Assembly (NCBI RefSeq): GCF_009914755.1 | Contig: NC_060927.1 | Direction: 5' to 3' (one strand) | DNA from: the human T2T-CHM13v2.0 reference genome, Homo sapiens | DNA: 64,000 bases | Shown: in pieces, positions 26,264 through 39,260 of the stretch | How positions within the stretch are numbered: the stretch's first letter is position 1 | Layout of the letters: each line of letters opens with the position of its first letter | Position numbers and translations under genes: made by a program | Notes under the pieces: model-generated | What the model saw: only the letters and a program-made list of their open reading frames with translations | Told to the model about the DNA's origin: nothing | Databases searched by the model: none

Positions 26264-28209
26264 CATAATAAATTATATATCTCTCTCACTATATACATAT
26301 AAGATATATAATGCATAATAAATTTTATATATATATATGTATCTCACTATTTGATTTCCCAACCATGAGTTAGCTGGCTCATAAACTCATCTGGGGAGAG
26401 ACTTTGGCATGTGGTTTAAGGAGCTGGGTCTGAATAACCCCTTGCTATATCAGATAGCTAGCGGTGGCCACATAATACTGAACAAAGAACACGGAATGTG
26501 ATGGGGAATGACAACTGGGTTACAGTCTGGGTTCTTCTACCTCTGAGTTGTGTGACCAAGATGTAATTTAGCCTCTCCTCTGTAAAATGGGGCAACCTAA
26601 GACCCACATGGTGGGGCAGAGAAAGACTAAGTAGAGTTACACATGGACAAAGGAAGCCTTCCTTAACGGTTGTGCTCCACTCCAGGACAAGTTATGCTCA
26701 TCGTCATGACTTGGATTCCATGGCTACAAGTCTCACAGGACTCCATTGGGGTCTGCCGGCTGATGACAACACCTCATTCCAATGTGGTAGTATCACTTTC
26801 CTATCTTCTTTTTAGTGCCTTTGTGTGTTGCCCCTCTTGACCTCTGGGACTGGTGTTCAGGCCACACCACACAGCTCTCAATGCCAGCCTGTTGAATCGC
26901 CCATGCTAATCTATATCTATACAGAATTGATGGCAATTATAGATTATGCAATATAAAGTTACCCTGTGCTAACCTCCAGAGTCCTTGAATTCTTCTTATG
27001 ACCAGAACCTCACATTGAGAGATGAGTAAGAATATACTTAACTTGAGTAAAACTACTCAAGGAGAGCAGGAACTTGAATATTTAGCTTCTGTTGAGTTGC
27101 ACATAGCAGGTACTCAATAAATATTTATTGAACTAACTGCTAAACAGGTAAGTATTAGTTAAGTGCTACATAGCATAGTATGCAACGGTTATCCCTCCCA
27201 GTGTCTTCTTTCATTTCTTTTCAAATAATCTGAATAATTTGTAGGCAGGAGCACAAGAGCTTAGTTTTTCATCTCATCAACAAAGAACCCTCCAAAGAGG
27301 AGACATTCCTTTGGCCTTGGTTGTTGGCATTTCAGGTATAATTATATTTTTCACCCTAAAATTTCCCAACAAGATTAAGAGTTACACACAAAGTCTCCTT
27401 AACCTTTGGCTCGGAAGTTTGCACAAGGAGCTCTGCCCACTTTTCACGTGATTTCTGAAAGATGCCAGCTGCTGGCAGCCATGAAACATGAAACACAAAG
27501 AACCCATAATCTGCTAGAACATACCCTGCTTGCACAATTCCTTGAAGCCTCTCTAAGAATACACCAAAGCCTGCAAGTGTGTACATGCTTTTCTCCAGGC
27601 AAGGAAGATGCAACATTGCTTTCTCAACAAGCTGTTTCCAATATTTTAAGTAACTATTCTGGCTCGGCCAAGATAAGAGAGTACAAAGATCTAGGGAAAA
27701 GACAACTTTCACATTTTCTTTGTAATTTCACTTGGTTGTGGCCTCTGTTGAAGTTTCGCCTACTTCAAAACATGATGGTATTTCTTGTAATGGCTGAAAA
27801 GTTTTAAGCTTCTTCATGTACCTAATTCCAATGGGCTATTAACTGGGCTAGTTTATTGGCACTGTGGATGGAGGGCTTTTGAACTTGCAGGCATATATTT
27901 TTTATTGGCTGGACAGTTTGCTTGACTCTTCGAGAGCTATATCCAACCCATCCCAGCCAGGTGGTTTTTGGTGCATAGCATGAAGTCTCCAGGGAGAATG
28001 GTTCCATTTGTTCCCTTGGCCGTGTGTGCCAATGCAAAGCCCAGCACTCAATGCTCAACCTGATTCAGGAGACATGGAGCAAGTAAACTTTTAAAGCTTT
28101 ATAACACATAGTAGATACTTGATAAATAATTACAGAGATATTGACGTGGCAAGCCTGTGAGAGGTGATCAATGTAGAGTAGGTAGTGGTAGGGAAGAAAA
28201 TAAAAACAA

Positions 28210-28430
28210 CAAGGCTAGTATTTATGGAGTGCCTTACTATGTACTAGCACTGGGCTCGCATTTTACACCACTATTACGTTTGATCTTCACAAGAACTCCA
28301 TGAGGGAGGAAAATGTAAGAAATCGCTTTCCCCATTTTCCAGATGAGGACATTGGAAATTCAGAGAGATTAAATATTGTGCCCAAGGTCACACAGCTTTC
28401 AGGGACAGATCTGGAATGCAGAGCTCACAC
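28210..28430 (-). mobile_element. MIR SINE
   Basis: cttactatgtactagcactgg...cccattttccagatgagga...cccaaggtcacacagct. Confidence 0.85.
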
Positions 28431-28739
28431 TCTTACCCCATGAGATCCTATATGCAGACTGGACATTCTACTCATGAAAAAAGGGAAGAACAAAAGGAGG
28501 AAGAGGTGGTGAAATAAGATGTGAGAAGAAAGCAGAGAAGTGGTCAATGGAGAAAACCCCTAAGGTGGAGAGGACGAAAATGGACAGAGCCCTTGTTGGC
28601 TGTCTTCACGATTCTTAAAGAAATGGGCCCATCTTCCCCTTCCCATGAGGGGAGTTTGTTGGGGAGCTTGAAGACTACAGCAGAGATTGAAAAGGGTCAC
28701 CATGGGGAATGCAATGTGAGTCAGTGCAGACAAGCAACC

Positions 28740-28935
28740 GCCCTGCAGCTCTGGAGTCAGACATACCTGGGTTCGGATCCTAGCTCTGAGATTTTGGAGC
28801 TTTGTGACTTTGGGCAAAGAGCTTTCCCTCTCTGTGTCTGAATTTCCTCATCTTGAAGACAGGATCATAGTGGTACATACCACATACGGAGACATCAGGA
28901 TGAACAAGATGACCAATGTGAAAGCACTTAGAATG
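28740..28935 (+). mobile_element. MIR SINE
   Basis: ctctggagtcagacatacctgggttcggatcctagctctg...gtgactttgggcaa...gtgaaagcacttagaa. Confidence 0.85.
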
Positions 28936-29652
28936 GGGTGGCAAATAATGGCCCAATAGGTCAAATTCAGCTAGCCACTGGTTTTTGTGTGGTCTGCAAG
29001 TCGAAAATGGGTTTTACCTTTTTCAACAGTTGGGGGGGAGTTTTTTTAAAACGAATATTTTGTGACACATGGAAATGATATGAAATTCAAATTTCACTGT
29101 CCATAAATATAGTTTACAGTGGAACACAGCCATGCCCACTCGTATGGTCTCTGGCTGCTTTTGCATGGCAATGGCAGGGTTATGGAGTTGCAGCCAAGAC
29201 CACACGTGGCACACTCATGGCTTTGCACTGCTGTTCACACACTACAAATGGCAGCAAGGTTGCTCTAACTTGACCAGACTTTGAGTGTCATGCATATCAC
29301 CTATCTGTATGGACAGATATTTTTAAAGATGAAATACATAAAATACCATTACAGATCATCATTAACAGATGAACATTTGCAATATATTTTGATAACAGAG
29401 AATACTAATTTTGATCCCCAATAAAGTGACATGTTATCCCCTAAAAGAAACCCACTCTCTTCTCATTAGTAGAGGTATATTACAAAAAATTATACTCATT
29501 ATATTTTGAATTTCTTCAATAAAAAAATCTATGAACATTTGTTTTCTTTCTTGTTATATAAACATCTATATCTGGATTTTGCCCACAGATTTTGGACCAC
29601 AAAACCTAAAATATTTACTATCTGGACATTGCAAAGTTTTCTAGTAAGCCCT
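28935..29652 (+). mobile_element. hAT-Charlie (MER58-related) element with a transposase C-terminal remnant
   Basis: MER58-like aatttcactgtccataaatatagtttacagtggaacacagccatgcccac. 29341-29382 reads KYHYRSSLTDEHLQ, resembling the hAT dimerisation region. Confidence 0.75.
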
Positions 29653-30262
29653 AACTTGGGACAGTGGTGGGCACGTGGTCATCGGCACAGGAGAGGAAAT
29701 GCTAGCCTCTCCTTTGCCGACATCCTTTGAGAAAGGCCCCAAGTTCCTTTTTATTTGTCTCAGTCTTCTTGAACAGTGAATATATATGCCCATTAAGCTC
29801 CACATAAGTAAGCACTTGGCAAAACATAGTTGCCAAACATAGAAAAAGAAAAGCCTAATGGTGGTGCTAGGCTATCGGCCTTCTCCTTTTCAGGCCAATT
29901 CATCATTTTTGGCATGCGGTTGTCCAGGCTTCGTGTTAACCACCTCAGTCAGTGGTGGTAGCTCCACCTGCTTGGAAAATGGCTCATCCTATAGTCCAAG
30001 AGAAGTCAGGCTGCAGCAAAACTTTCCCCAGATATATTCTGTGCACCCTAATTCTACATGAGGGTGTGAGAAGAAAAGGGGCTGTGAGCAATAAGCACAG
30101 CAAACGCTGTCTCTCTGGAGTGTGACAGCTGACTGGAGGACCCTGGCCTATTGAAGGCTCTGAGAAGGCCTGCAGTGGAGAAACCTATTAATGCTGTTTA
30201 ATCCAGCTTTGCTCAAACTTATTTGAACACCATATGCCTTTATGACTATTTTTTAAAATAGT

Positions 30263-30558
30263 GGCCAGGTCGGGTAGCTCATTCCTGTAATCTCAGCACC
30301 TTGGGAGCTGAGGTGGATCACCTGAGTCCAGAAGTTTGAGACCAACCTGGACAACATGGCAAGATGCCATCTCTAGGCCCCCCACCCCTACACAAATAGC
30401 CAAGTATGGTGGTGTGTGCCTCCTAGCTACATGGGAGGCTGATGTGGAGGATCTCGCTTGAACCCACAAGTCTGAGACTGCCGAGAGCCATGATCACACC
30501 ATTGCACTCCAGCCTCGGTGACAGAGGAGGACCCTATCTCAAAAAAAAAAAAAAAAAA
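30263..30558 (+). mobile_element. Diverged AluJ, apparently inserted in a MER103-like remnant
   Basis: Alu consensus with A tail. The flanks aatccagctttgctcaaacttatttga and gaggaacaccttagggaa resemble MER103. Confidence 0.88.
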
Positions 30559-31504
30559 GTCTTTTAATATCCAACACCATCAGTGCACTGAGGAACACCT
30601 TAGGGAATTACTACTATAGTGGAAGGAGTAGCTGGCCAAGAGTCACATGTTTGAAGTTCACGTACTAGTTCCCCTGTGTCTCATCTGTATAGCCCTGGAC
30701 AAACCTCCTTTTCTTACTCTATAAAATGGGCATGGTGTCACCTGTCTGCCCTCCTCGTAGAGCTGATGGGAGATCAGATGAAAATCAGGGACACAGGGCA
30801 TTTTCTCTAAACTGGCAAGGGTGCTATGTGAGTGAGACAGAAGTAGAAGAAATGGCAGTGTCAGCTCTTGGAACTTTAAGGTGTTTTCCCTAAGATGAGT
30901 GAACTAGGCAGAAAGCCACTGTGCTGAAGGCCCCCTCAGTGTTTGTCAGGACAGCAGTGACCTACAGAGGGGCAAACGCCAGAGTCCATCCTTCCCTGTC
31001 CCCAGTCCCTGCCATGGAAATGCAACCCAGCTACATAAAGCTCCTGCAGGCTTCGGCGTGTAGGAGTCTCTTGCATGGAGTCAGGCCCTCACATGAAAAA
31101 ATGGCTCAACAGTCCGGGCTCCATCAGCATGTTGGTGCATTCATAATTTTTAAAAATAATAACATGGAGAAAATTCATCTGGTGCATCTTAGCTGGCACC
31201 CTCACACATCGTCACCTCCTTATCTGATATATTAGATTTCCCTGTGTCCCAAGCCTGTTATATAATGAGGGACAAAGATTGCTCTCTGGCTCTAGAAGAC
31301 TTCCTCATTCTCCCTTTCTCATTCCACATTCCGTGAGGGGGAAGGACAATTCTTTGCAGTGGCCAATTGTACTGAGCCCAAATCATGTTTCGGATCAGCT
31401 GGGGGAAACACTGTTAGCCCTGCAAGCCCTTCCTCTCTGAGAAGAAAACAGGCTTGCCATGAGTTTCCCAATGTGTCACCTGCCTTCAGACAAAGGGGAG
31501 CAGA

Positions 31505-31954
<450 letters not shown>

Positions 31955-33520
31955 TTACAATCCAGTGCCGTGGGCCAATGGGGAGACTCCCTTTTTAATT
32001 ACCAAGTTTTTTTTTTTTTTTTTTTTTTAGTAGAGTGATTTGTACAGAAACTCCTTTCAAATAACACAGTGACTTCAGGGATCAAGGTGCACAGAAAGAA
32101 GAACAGCAGAGGCTGGGGGATCAGCAAGGTTGCTAATTCCATCACACGCTGACTCAGGGCAATCAGAGGCACTCCTCTGACACCTGAGCAGGGAACAATG
32201 AAGCCTCATGCCACTGCCAAGAACAAACCCAATGGGCAACAGTGTACTCTTCCCAGCCTCTGCATCCAAAGGGCTCTAGTGTGCGTGGCCACTCCAGCCT
32301 GCCCTGACCTCCCGACTGCCCGATGCAGAGCATATCTTAAAATTATAAACAGATGTGAAAAACAGTCATGTAATGCCAAGTAAATGATAACACCACCAAA
32401 AACAGTCTTAGCTACCTTTAAAGGCTTAATCCATCAGGTGGGAGTGGTGGAACCAGTATTTGAACTTGGTCTGTGAGGCTCTAGAGCCTGGGTACTGCCC
32501 AACCACTCTGCGCCAAAGATTATGCAAAGACAGAGATTCCCATCTCCATCAAGTACATATTTACAAGACCATCTGCATAGGAAAAATATGGCAAGATATA
32601 TACTGAAAAGTTAAAAATGATGCTTTCTCTGAATGAGGATTTTGAGAAAATTTTTTTCCTGATATACTTATTAAATTTCCTAAGTTTTGTAAAATGAGCA
32701 TAAAAGTAATACATGAGGAAAATGAATTGGTGGCTGTAGGAAGCTCAGATTTCCCAGTGAAAGCAATCTGCGATTATTATTTCAGGGCCTCGTCTTATGT
32801 TTGCCCTCTGATGGACAAAGATACAATGTGCAGCGAGGGGTCTTTCGCCACATATGGGAGTCTGCCTTTTTATTCTGGATCTAATAGGTTTAACTGAGAA
32901 ATCTTCTCTCGAAGAGATTATAACAATCTTTCTTCTTCAAACTTCCAGGGGCTCTGTTTCTACCTCTCTGCATATACACAGTGACTGAGGAACTAAGGAA
33001 ATGTTTGGGGACTGGCAGATTTTAAAGCTACCCTTGCCCTTCAACCACCCACACAAACCTAAAAGAAGGGACCTGATTTATTAAGGTGCACAGCAGAAGG
33101 GCACACGGTGAGGTTGCAAACGCTGACTCTTAGGCTGAAAGAAATGGCAAGGAGTCTCCTTATAAAGGCTCAGCATCTCAGTGATTTTGTCACCATGGGA
33201 ACAACCCTGTGAGCTGCAAGGCATGCATGGACCCATGTTTACAAGTGCAGGATCTGCTTCAGAGGGATGGGGGCCTGACATCCCAATTTTACTCCACTCA
33301 AGATTGAACACACGAGCACCTTAGATCCTGACCTGGCACAGTGGAAGTTCTCAGTTGCTGTGTGCTGTTGTTCTCAGCATTTACATTATATTTCCCAGAA
33401 AACAAAGCTAGAGGACATGTATATTCCCAGAATACATTCCCATCTCAAAGTCTCTGACAAACATGTTCATGGGGAAGCCACAATGAGGGTTGCAGTAAGA
33501 GTTTCATAAGAACACCAGGT

Positions 33521-33538
33521 AGCCACCAGATGGTGGAC
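33521..33538 (+). promoter_or_regulatory. Candidate CTCF site
   Basis: AGCCACCAGATGGTGGAC resembles the CCASYAGRKGGCRS core with a C-to-T deviation. Confidence 0.4.
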
Positions 33539-34084
33539 TAGCAATTTTCCTGCAGAGATCATGTGACTCTGGAGAAGGAATATATGGGGGAGGCCTGAGG
33601 ACAGAGTTAAGGTACGTCTTGGTAAGGCTAATGACCTCCAGCCAATGGATGCTCCAATAGCAGAAAGGAATCTAGCCATTCTGATTGATACACCTAGTGG
33701 TGGCCATAATATGTGCTCTGATTTTAGATGTCGTCTTGGTTTTCCCCTTTGGTTGGGGCTGTGGAGATGGTTGGAAAGAGGTGGGGCTGGAGTTGCTTTC
33801 CCTGAACCAACAAGACAATTCTGACTCAGAGCATTACGTTGGCCACCAATTGGATGGCTCCCCAAAGAGGCCTCTGAGAAGTATCTATTCTCAGGCTACA
33901 AGTCTCAAAATGAAACCTGTGAGCCTTCTCAACCCCACATTTGCATGTTCTAGAGCAATACCTTCTGGTCTCCCTGAAAGTGCCATTATGGCCATTTTCA
34001 AATGTTATTAATAATTCTTTTAGAAGCTTTGGTTCTGCCTCCAACATTAAATGATGCCCTGCATCGTTTAAAAACCCTTTCCAT

Positions 34085-34430
<346 letters not shown>

Positions 34431-34559
34431 TTTCTTTCCATCTTTCTGATAACTTGGGTGATCCTCTGAGATAAAGCATGTATAATATTGTGATGTCCCA
34501 GGTGTAAGACAATTGTCACATAAGATCACGCATGTCTCTCTGGCACCTGCTAACACTGA

Positions 34560-34649
34560 CAGTGCTAACTACCAAAGGCACCTCTCTCCCTACTCTCACC
34601 CATAGCAGACTTTTGGGCTGGCTGGTTTCGCTGATGTTTACTGAGCTGC

Positions 34650-34687
<38 letters not shown>

Positions 34688-35200
34688 TTAGCATTCAGCT
34701 TTTCATATCCCTCCCACCCATTGGTATCTGTGTCTCAGATTAATTTTCACCAGATGTGAGTGTCTGGACTTCTCCAAGATTTGTTATTTTCCCTCCATGT
34801 TCCTAACCTTCTTCAGGCCATTTGTGTGATTTCTCTGACCTCACTAGTGTTTCCAACACCTTCCAAATTAGTGTCATCTGTGACTTTCCTTCACATGCTC
34901 TTTTCTCCCCTTTACAGATCATTAATAAAGAGGTTAAACAAGACCAGACCAACAGCATACTCTAAAGCAAATGACAAAAGGGTGGGAGAGCCAGCATGCT
35001 CCCTGTGCGCCAGCCCTGGCACAGGAAGGATGTAATGTAATGTAACAACACTCTGCTAGACGCCTCCCGCCTCTGGCCCAGTGGTAATTTATCACCACTG
35101 TTTGTTTATGATTTCTCAGCCAGATTTCAGGTCCTCAGAGTGTGGTCATATCTAAGCCAACATGCATTGCTCTGCCAGGTAACCCTTATGAGCTCCAGAG
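34560..35200 (-). mobile_element. L3/CR1 LINE reverse-transcriptase fossil
   Basis: The minus strand at 34935-34861 translates NLFINDL*RGEKSM*RKVTDDTNLE, colinear with CR1 NIFINDL...KFADDTKL. Confidence 0.85.
34650..34686. repeat. (TTA)12 microsatellite
   Basis: Direct reading. Confidence 0.95.
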
Positions 35201-36989
35201 AAACCCACAAGAACTTATTTACTGCCCTCCAATCTCCTTAAAAGCTTCTACCTTGGCCCCCAAGTCCATCACCCTTGAGAGCAGAAAGAGGTGGACTGAG
35301 ACATTATTATCCTTTTCTCTCTTCCAATTCATTAGCTCGCAATTAATTATTTGTTAAATATTCATTGGCTTTCATGTTACTCATTAGATTTTTCTTTAAG
35401 CCGAAAGAAACCCTCTGCTATAAACAGGGACTAATTCATACTCTCCAACAATCAAACTTTCCTTTGCTATACCCAAGTGTTATAAAAATCAAAGGTAACT
35501 GGAGAGGGTATGTTTATAGGGTAAACATGCTTTAAGTAAGGCCTGCTATGTAGGTGGCTTGGGTGTAGCTATGGCCATAGGAATAGATTACCTTTCTTTT
35601 GCCTTTTCTTTTACCTCCCAAATTCAACAACCCCAGTATCAACCACTTTCCTCTGTTTATGGATACAGTACACTTTCCTGAGCCCAGAAGTAACAATAAT
35701 AGTGATATACTGATATTCTACCCAGGGTTGAATACTCACTGTGCACCAGGCATGACTTGGCATCTTACTCAGCTCATCACAGCCCTGGGGGTGTCACAAC
35801 CTTCCTCAAAGAGAAAATGGAGGGGAGAGACGGAAGGTGACTTACCCACGATCATCCAAACCTAGGTCTATCTGAATCCAGAGACCACACTGTTAGCCAC
35901 CCCACCATAGATGAGGGTCTTCTTCACTTTTTCTGAGTCACTGGCCCCTCTATCTGCTGAGGAACATAAATAAATACTCTCTTTGTGGGGATGTGCATAC
36001 ATCCACATTGAAGCCTATTAACCATGTCAGGGGATTTGCAGAGCCTCCAGGGCTTATGGACGCCTGCTTGAGAATCTATGTACTACTCTAAGCTCCTCGA
36101 GGGTAGGAATCACACTTTGTTCACTACCTTGACTCAGTACTGAGATGTATATCCAGTACATCTCCAGTACTAAGATGAAGAAATATTTTTTGAATAAATT
36201 ACTAATTGCAAAGACTGTGAATAGGATATTCAAGTTGAAGCTCTAAACAGCAGCTTTGTAAGCCTGAATAGAAGATATAAATATACAGACACCTTCCAGA
36301 GGAGTAGAAGAGCAAAATAAAAGGAGGAAGTGGGGACAGAGATAAAGCAAAAACATCTTACTTTGCCCAGGAATCGATTTTGCAATTGGAAGTAGGCAGA
36401 GACATTGTCATGGTGGTTCTAAAACACCTCGTAGCTACTTCTGGTTAGTTCTCATATTAACTCCTGAAAAGAGATTATTGAAAGCTTCTTCTGCAGAAAA
36501 ATAATATACTTAGAATTTCAAGATGAGAAGTCAATTATCAAGAGCAATCAAAATCTCATGTTGTACCCCTTAACTGACAGAATTCTTGATCCCTGGAGAT
36601 CTCAGGGGGAACTACAAGAGCCAATGGCAACTTCCTTCTCTCTAGGTCCCTCTAGTCCCTAGGTCCCTTTCAACCTCCTACAACTCTGGGGTTTTTGTTT
36701 TTCCACAGATTGCTACCCCTTACATGTCTTCTTATTCTATAACTACTGATTTTGCTTTGCAATCTCCTTTTCTTCAAGAGTTGGAGGAGCCACCCACTCT
36801 TGAAGTTAGACTTCAGACGTGCTTTAAACTTGTCAGCCTGCACATTACTGCAATAAGAGGCCAGAGATTCCCCTGCTGATATGCAGGAACATGGAAAACA
36901 GCCAAGGTCAAAAGCCTGCCCTTCCCTTGGCCAGAGCGACTGGACATCTGGGGAAACCAGAACTCTGAGTTCCCTCTCAGTGCCCCCAC

Positions 36990-37850
36990 CACCACCAATA
37001 ATGGCCTGCTCCAGCTTTGACACCCAAGGTAGAAATCTGGAGGCATTCTCAATTTTGTCCTTTGTCTTACCTCCCCATCCAAGTCCTCCTGGCTTCACCT
37101 TCCTAGTCTTATCTCCAATTTATCCACTTGTCTGCATCTCCACTACTGCTGCCCTGGGTCAGTGCCATCAATTCTCTCACAGATCATGGAACAGCCTCTA
37201 CTTCTGCTCTTCCTGCCACGACAATTCATCCTCTACACAGCAGCCAGGGTTGTTCTACAACATAAATCAAATCATGTCATGTCCCTGCTTAAACTCCTCT
37301 GATGTCTGCTCAGTTTTCTTAGGCTTAAAATCTAAACTCTCTACCTCGCCATAAAAGGCCCTACGTTTTCTGGTCCCTTCCTTCTTCTCCATCCTCATCT
37401 CACTGTTTTGTGCTCTACCCAGAGTTATGGTCTTCAAGCCTCTTCAGCTTATAAACTCCTTCCCACCTCCAGCTTTTGCATGCCTCCCGGGACCACCTCC
37501 CAAATGCACGCCTTGGCATGGATACCTCCTGACTCTCCCCTTTTAAGACTTGGCTTAAAACTTACTTCCTTGGAGAGATGCTTGCTGAACATCCTTCCTT
37601 AAGTAGGTTCCTCAAGTTAATCTCAGTATCTTTCTGGTTTCCATCAAAGCCATGACCAAAACGTGCAAGGTTTCTATTGAGATGTCTAATTATTTATATT
37701 CTGTCCCTTGACTAGATGGCAAGATCCACAGGGGAGCAACCATGGCAATCTTATTCGTCACTGGTTTCCTAGCATCTAACTGAGAACTTAACCGTTTGGT
37801 GAAAGAATGGACAAATGAGTGAATAATAAATGAATGAATGAATAAATGAA
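36990..37850 (+). mobile_element. L2 LINE 3' region
   Basis: catctccactactgct...atcatgtcatgtccctgcttaaa...aaaatctaaactc...aaggcccta, ending in (aatg)n. Confidence 0.85.
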
Positions 37851-39074
37851 AGTCTTAGTAGCCAATGGCACAAGAAAGAGATATATCAGATCCTCAGTTA
37901 TACAAAATCTAAATTGCATTAAAAGCAGCAGTAGCTACCCCTGTACAGGCGGTGTGAAAGAAAACCTGCACTTTGCATAGAAACCACCACTTTGTATAGA
38001 AACCTCTGCTTTGTGTAGAGCTCAGAGCTCTTTCCTTGATTTTCTTTTTGCAGCCATTAAATTTCTCTAGTTCCAGGACAAGCACAGGCCTAGTGTCCAG
38101 ACCCTGTCCGCTAAAAGAAGGCAAGTCAGACCTGAACTTCCTAGCCACAATAAAACATCTCCTTCCTCCTTCTTTCATTCTTCCAGAGGGGAGGCATGGC
38201 AGGGAGTTCCACTGGGCCATCCAGCACTGCTTTTATTTGTAAAACACCACTTCCTCGTGTCTAAATGTTCTGGGATTCATATTTTTACTCACCATAACAT
38301 TGTCCATGAGCTGGTGGCAGACAGCTACAATTCTTCATTTTGAACAGGCTGCATCTACTAGCATCACAGCCTCATGCCAAAACTTGTTAATGCCACATCT
38401 GTATTTTTATGAATCGGGTCCTAAAAATTTGCATATGTTTTCAATCAAAAAAGACTAATTCCTTTCTAGTGGTTTAAGAAATAAAAACTTGTGTTCTATC
38501 TTTGCTCAATTACAAGAGTTCACAGTAAGAGCTCAAACATTCAAATGTCGAGGCAGAGGTGGCACTAAATCTCACAAGGTGCCTCGATTTGCTCCTCCAT
38601 TGCCTACCTCATTGATGTTCGCAAACCCGAATGCCTCTTGGGGGATCCATGGAAAGCACCTTCATTCAATGTAAATGAAGAAGTATTTGCTGACACAAAT
38701 GATACCTACATTAAGTGGATTTTCCTGAAGAACAATTATGGAGAATTGAGGAGCTGCTTTTTCTGCATTTTGCAAGGCAAGATAGGGAATACAGTTAGGC
38801 CTCCAAGAGCACATTTTCACAATTGAAAGTATGTGTGAGTGTGGGGTTTGGGGGGTTGGTGGTGAGAGGACAGTGGTTGAATATGCTTTGCCAGGGATGC
38901 CTATGATGGCAAGAACTTGCTGGAAAAGTGATCCCGTGGAGTCTCTAGAAGAAACCCAGAACAATGAGGCTGGCCACAGGTAAATCTTAGGCATAAGAAA
39001 ACAAGAGTGTGGATGATCCAACAGGGAGGGGGAGTATAAAGAGAATTGGGAAGCAGAATATAGGAATATATGTT

Positions 39075-39260
39075 TGGTGTAGGCAGCATAGACTACATAA
39101 TTAGTGGCGCTGAGGGCAAATGAACATGTGAGGCCCCTTCTTTGAAAAACATTAGGAATTTCAAGACAGTGACAGCAGAGTTTTAACCTAAGAGTGAAGC
39201 CCTTCCAAGTGTAGGGCCTGTGGACTGCACAGGCCATACGCTGATAAATCCAGGCCTGGG
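39075..39260 (+). mobile_element. MER45A (hAT-Tip100 MITE)
   Basis: cataatt...gcaaatgaacatgtgaggcccctt...aggaatttcaagacagtgacagcagag...actgcacagg. Confidence 0.8.
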
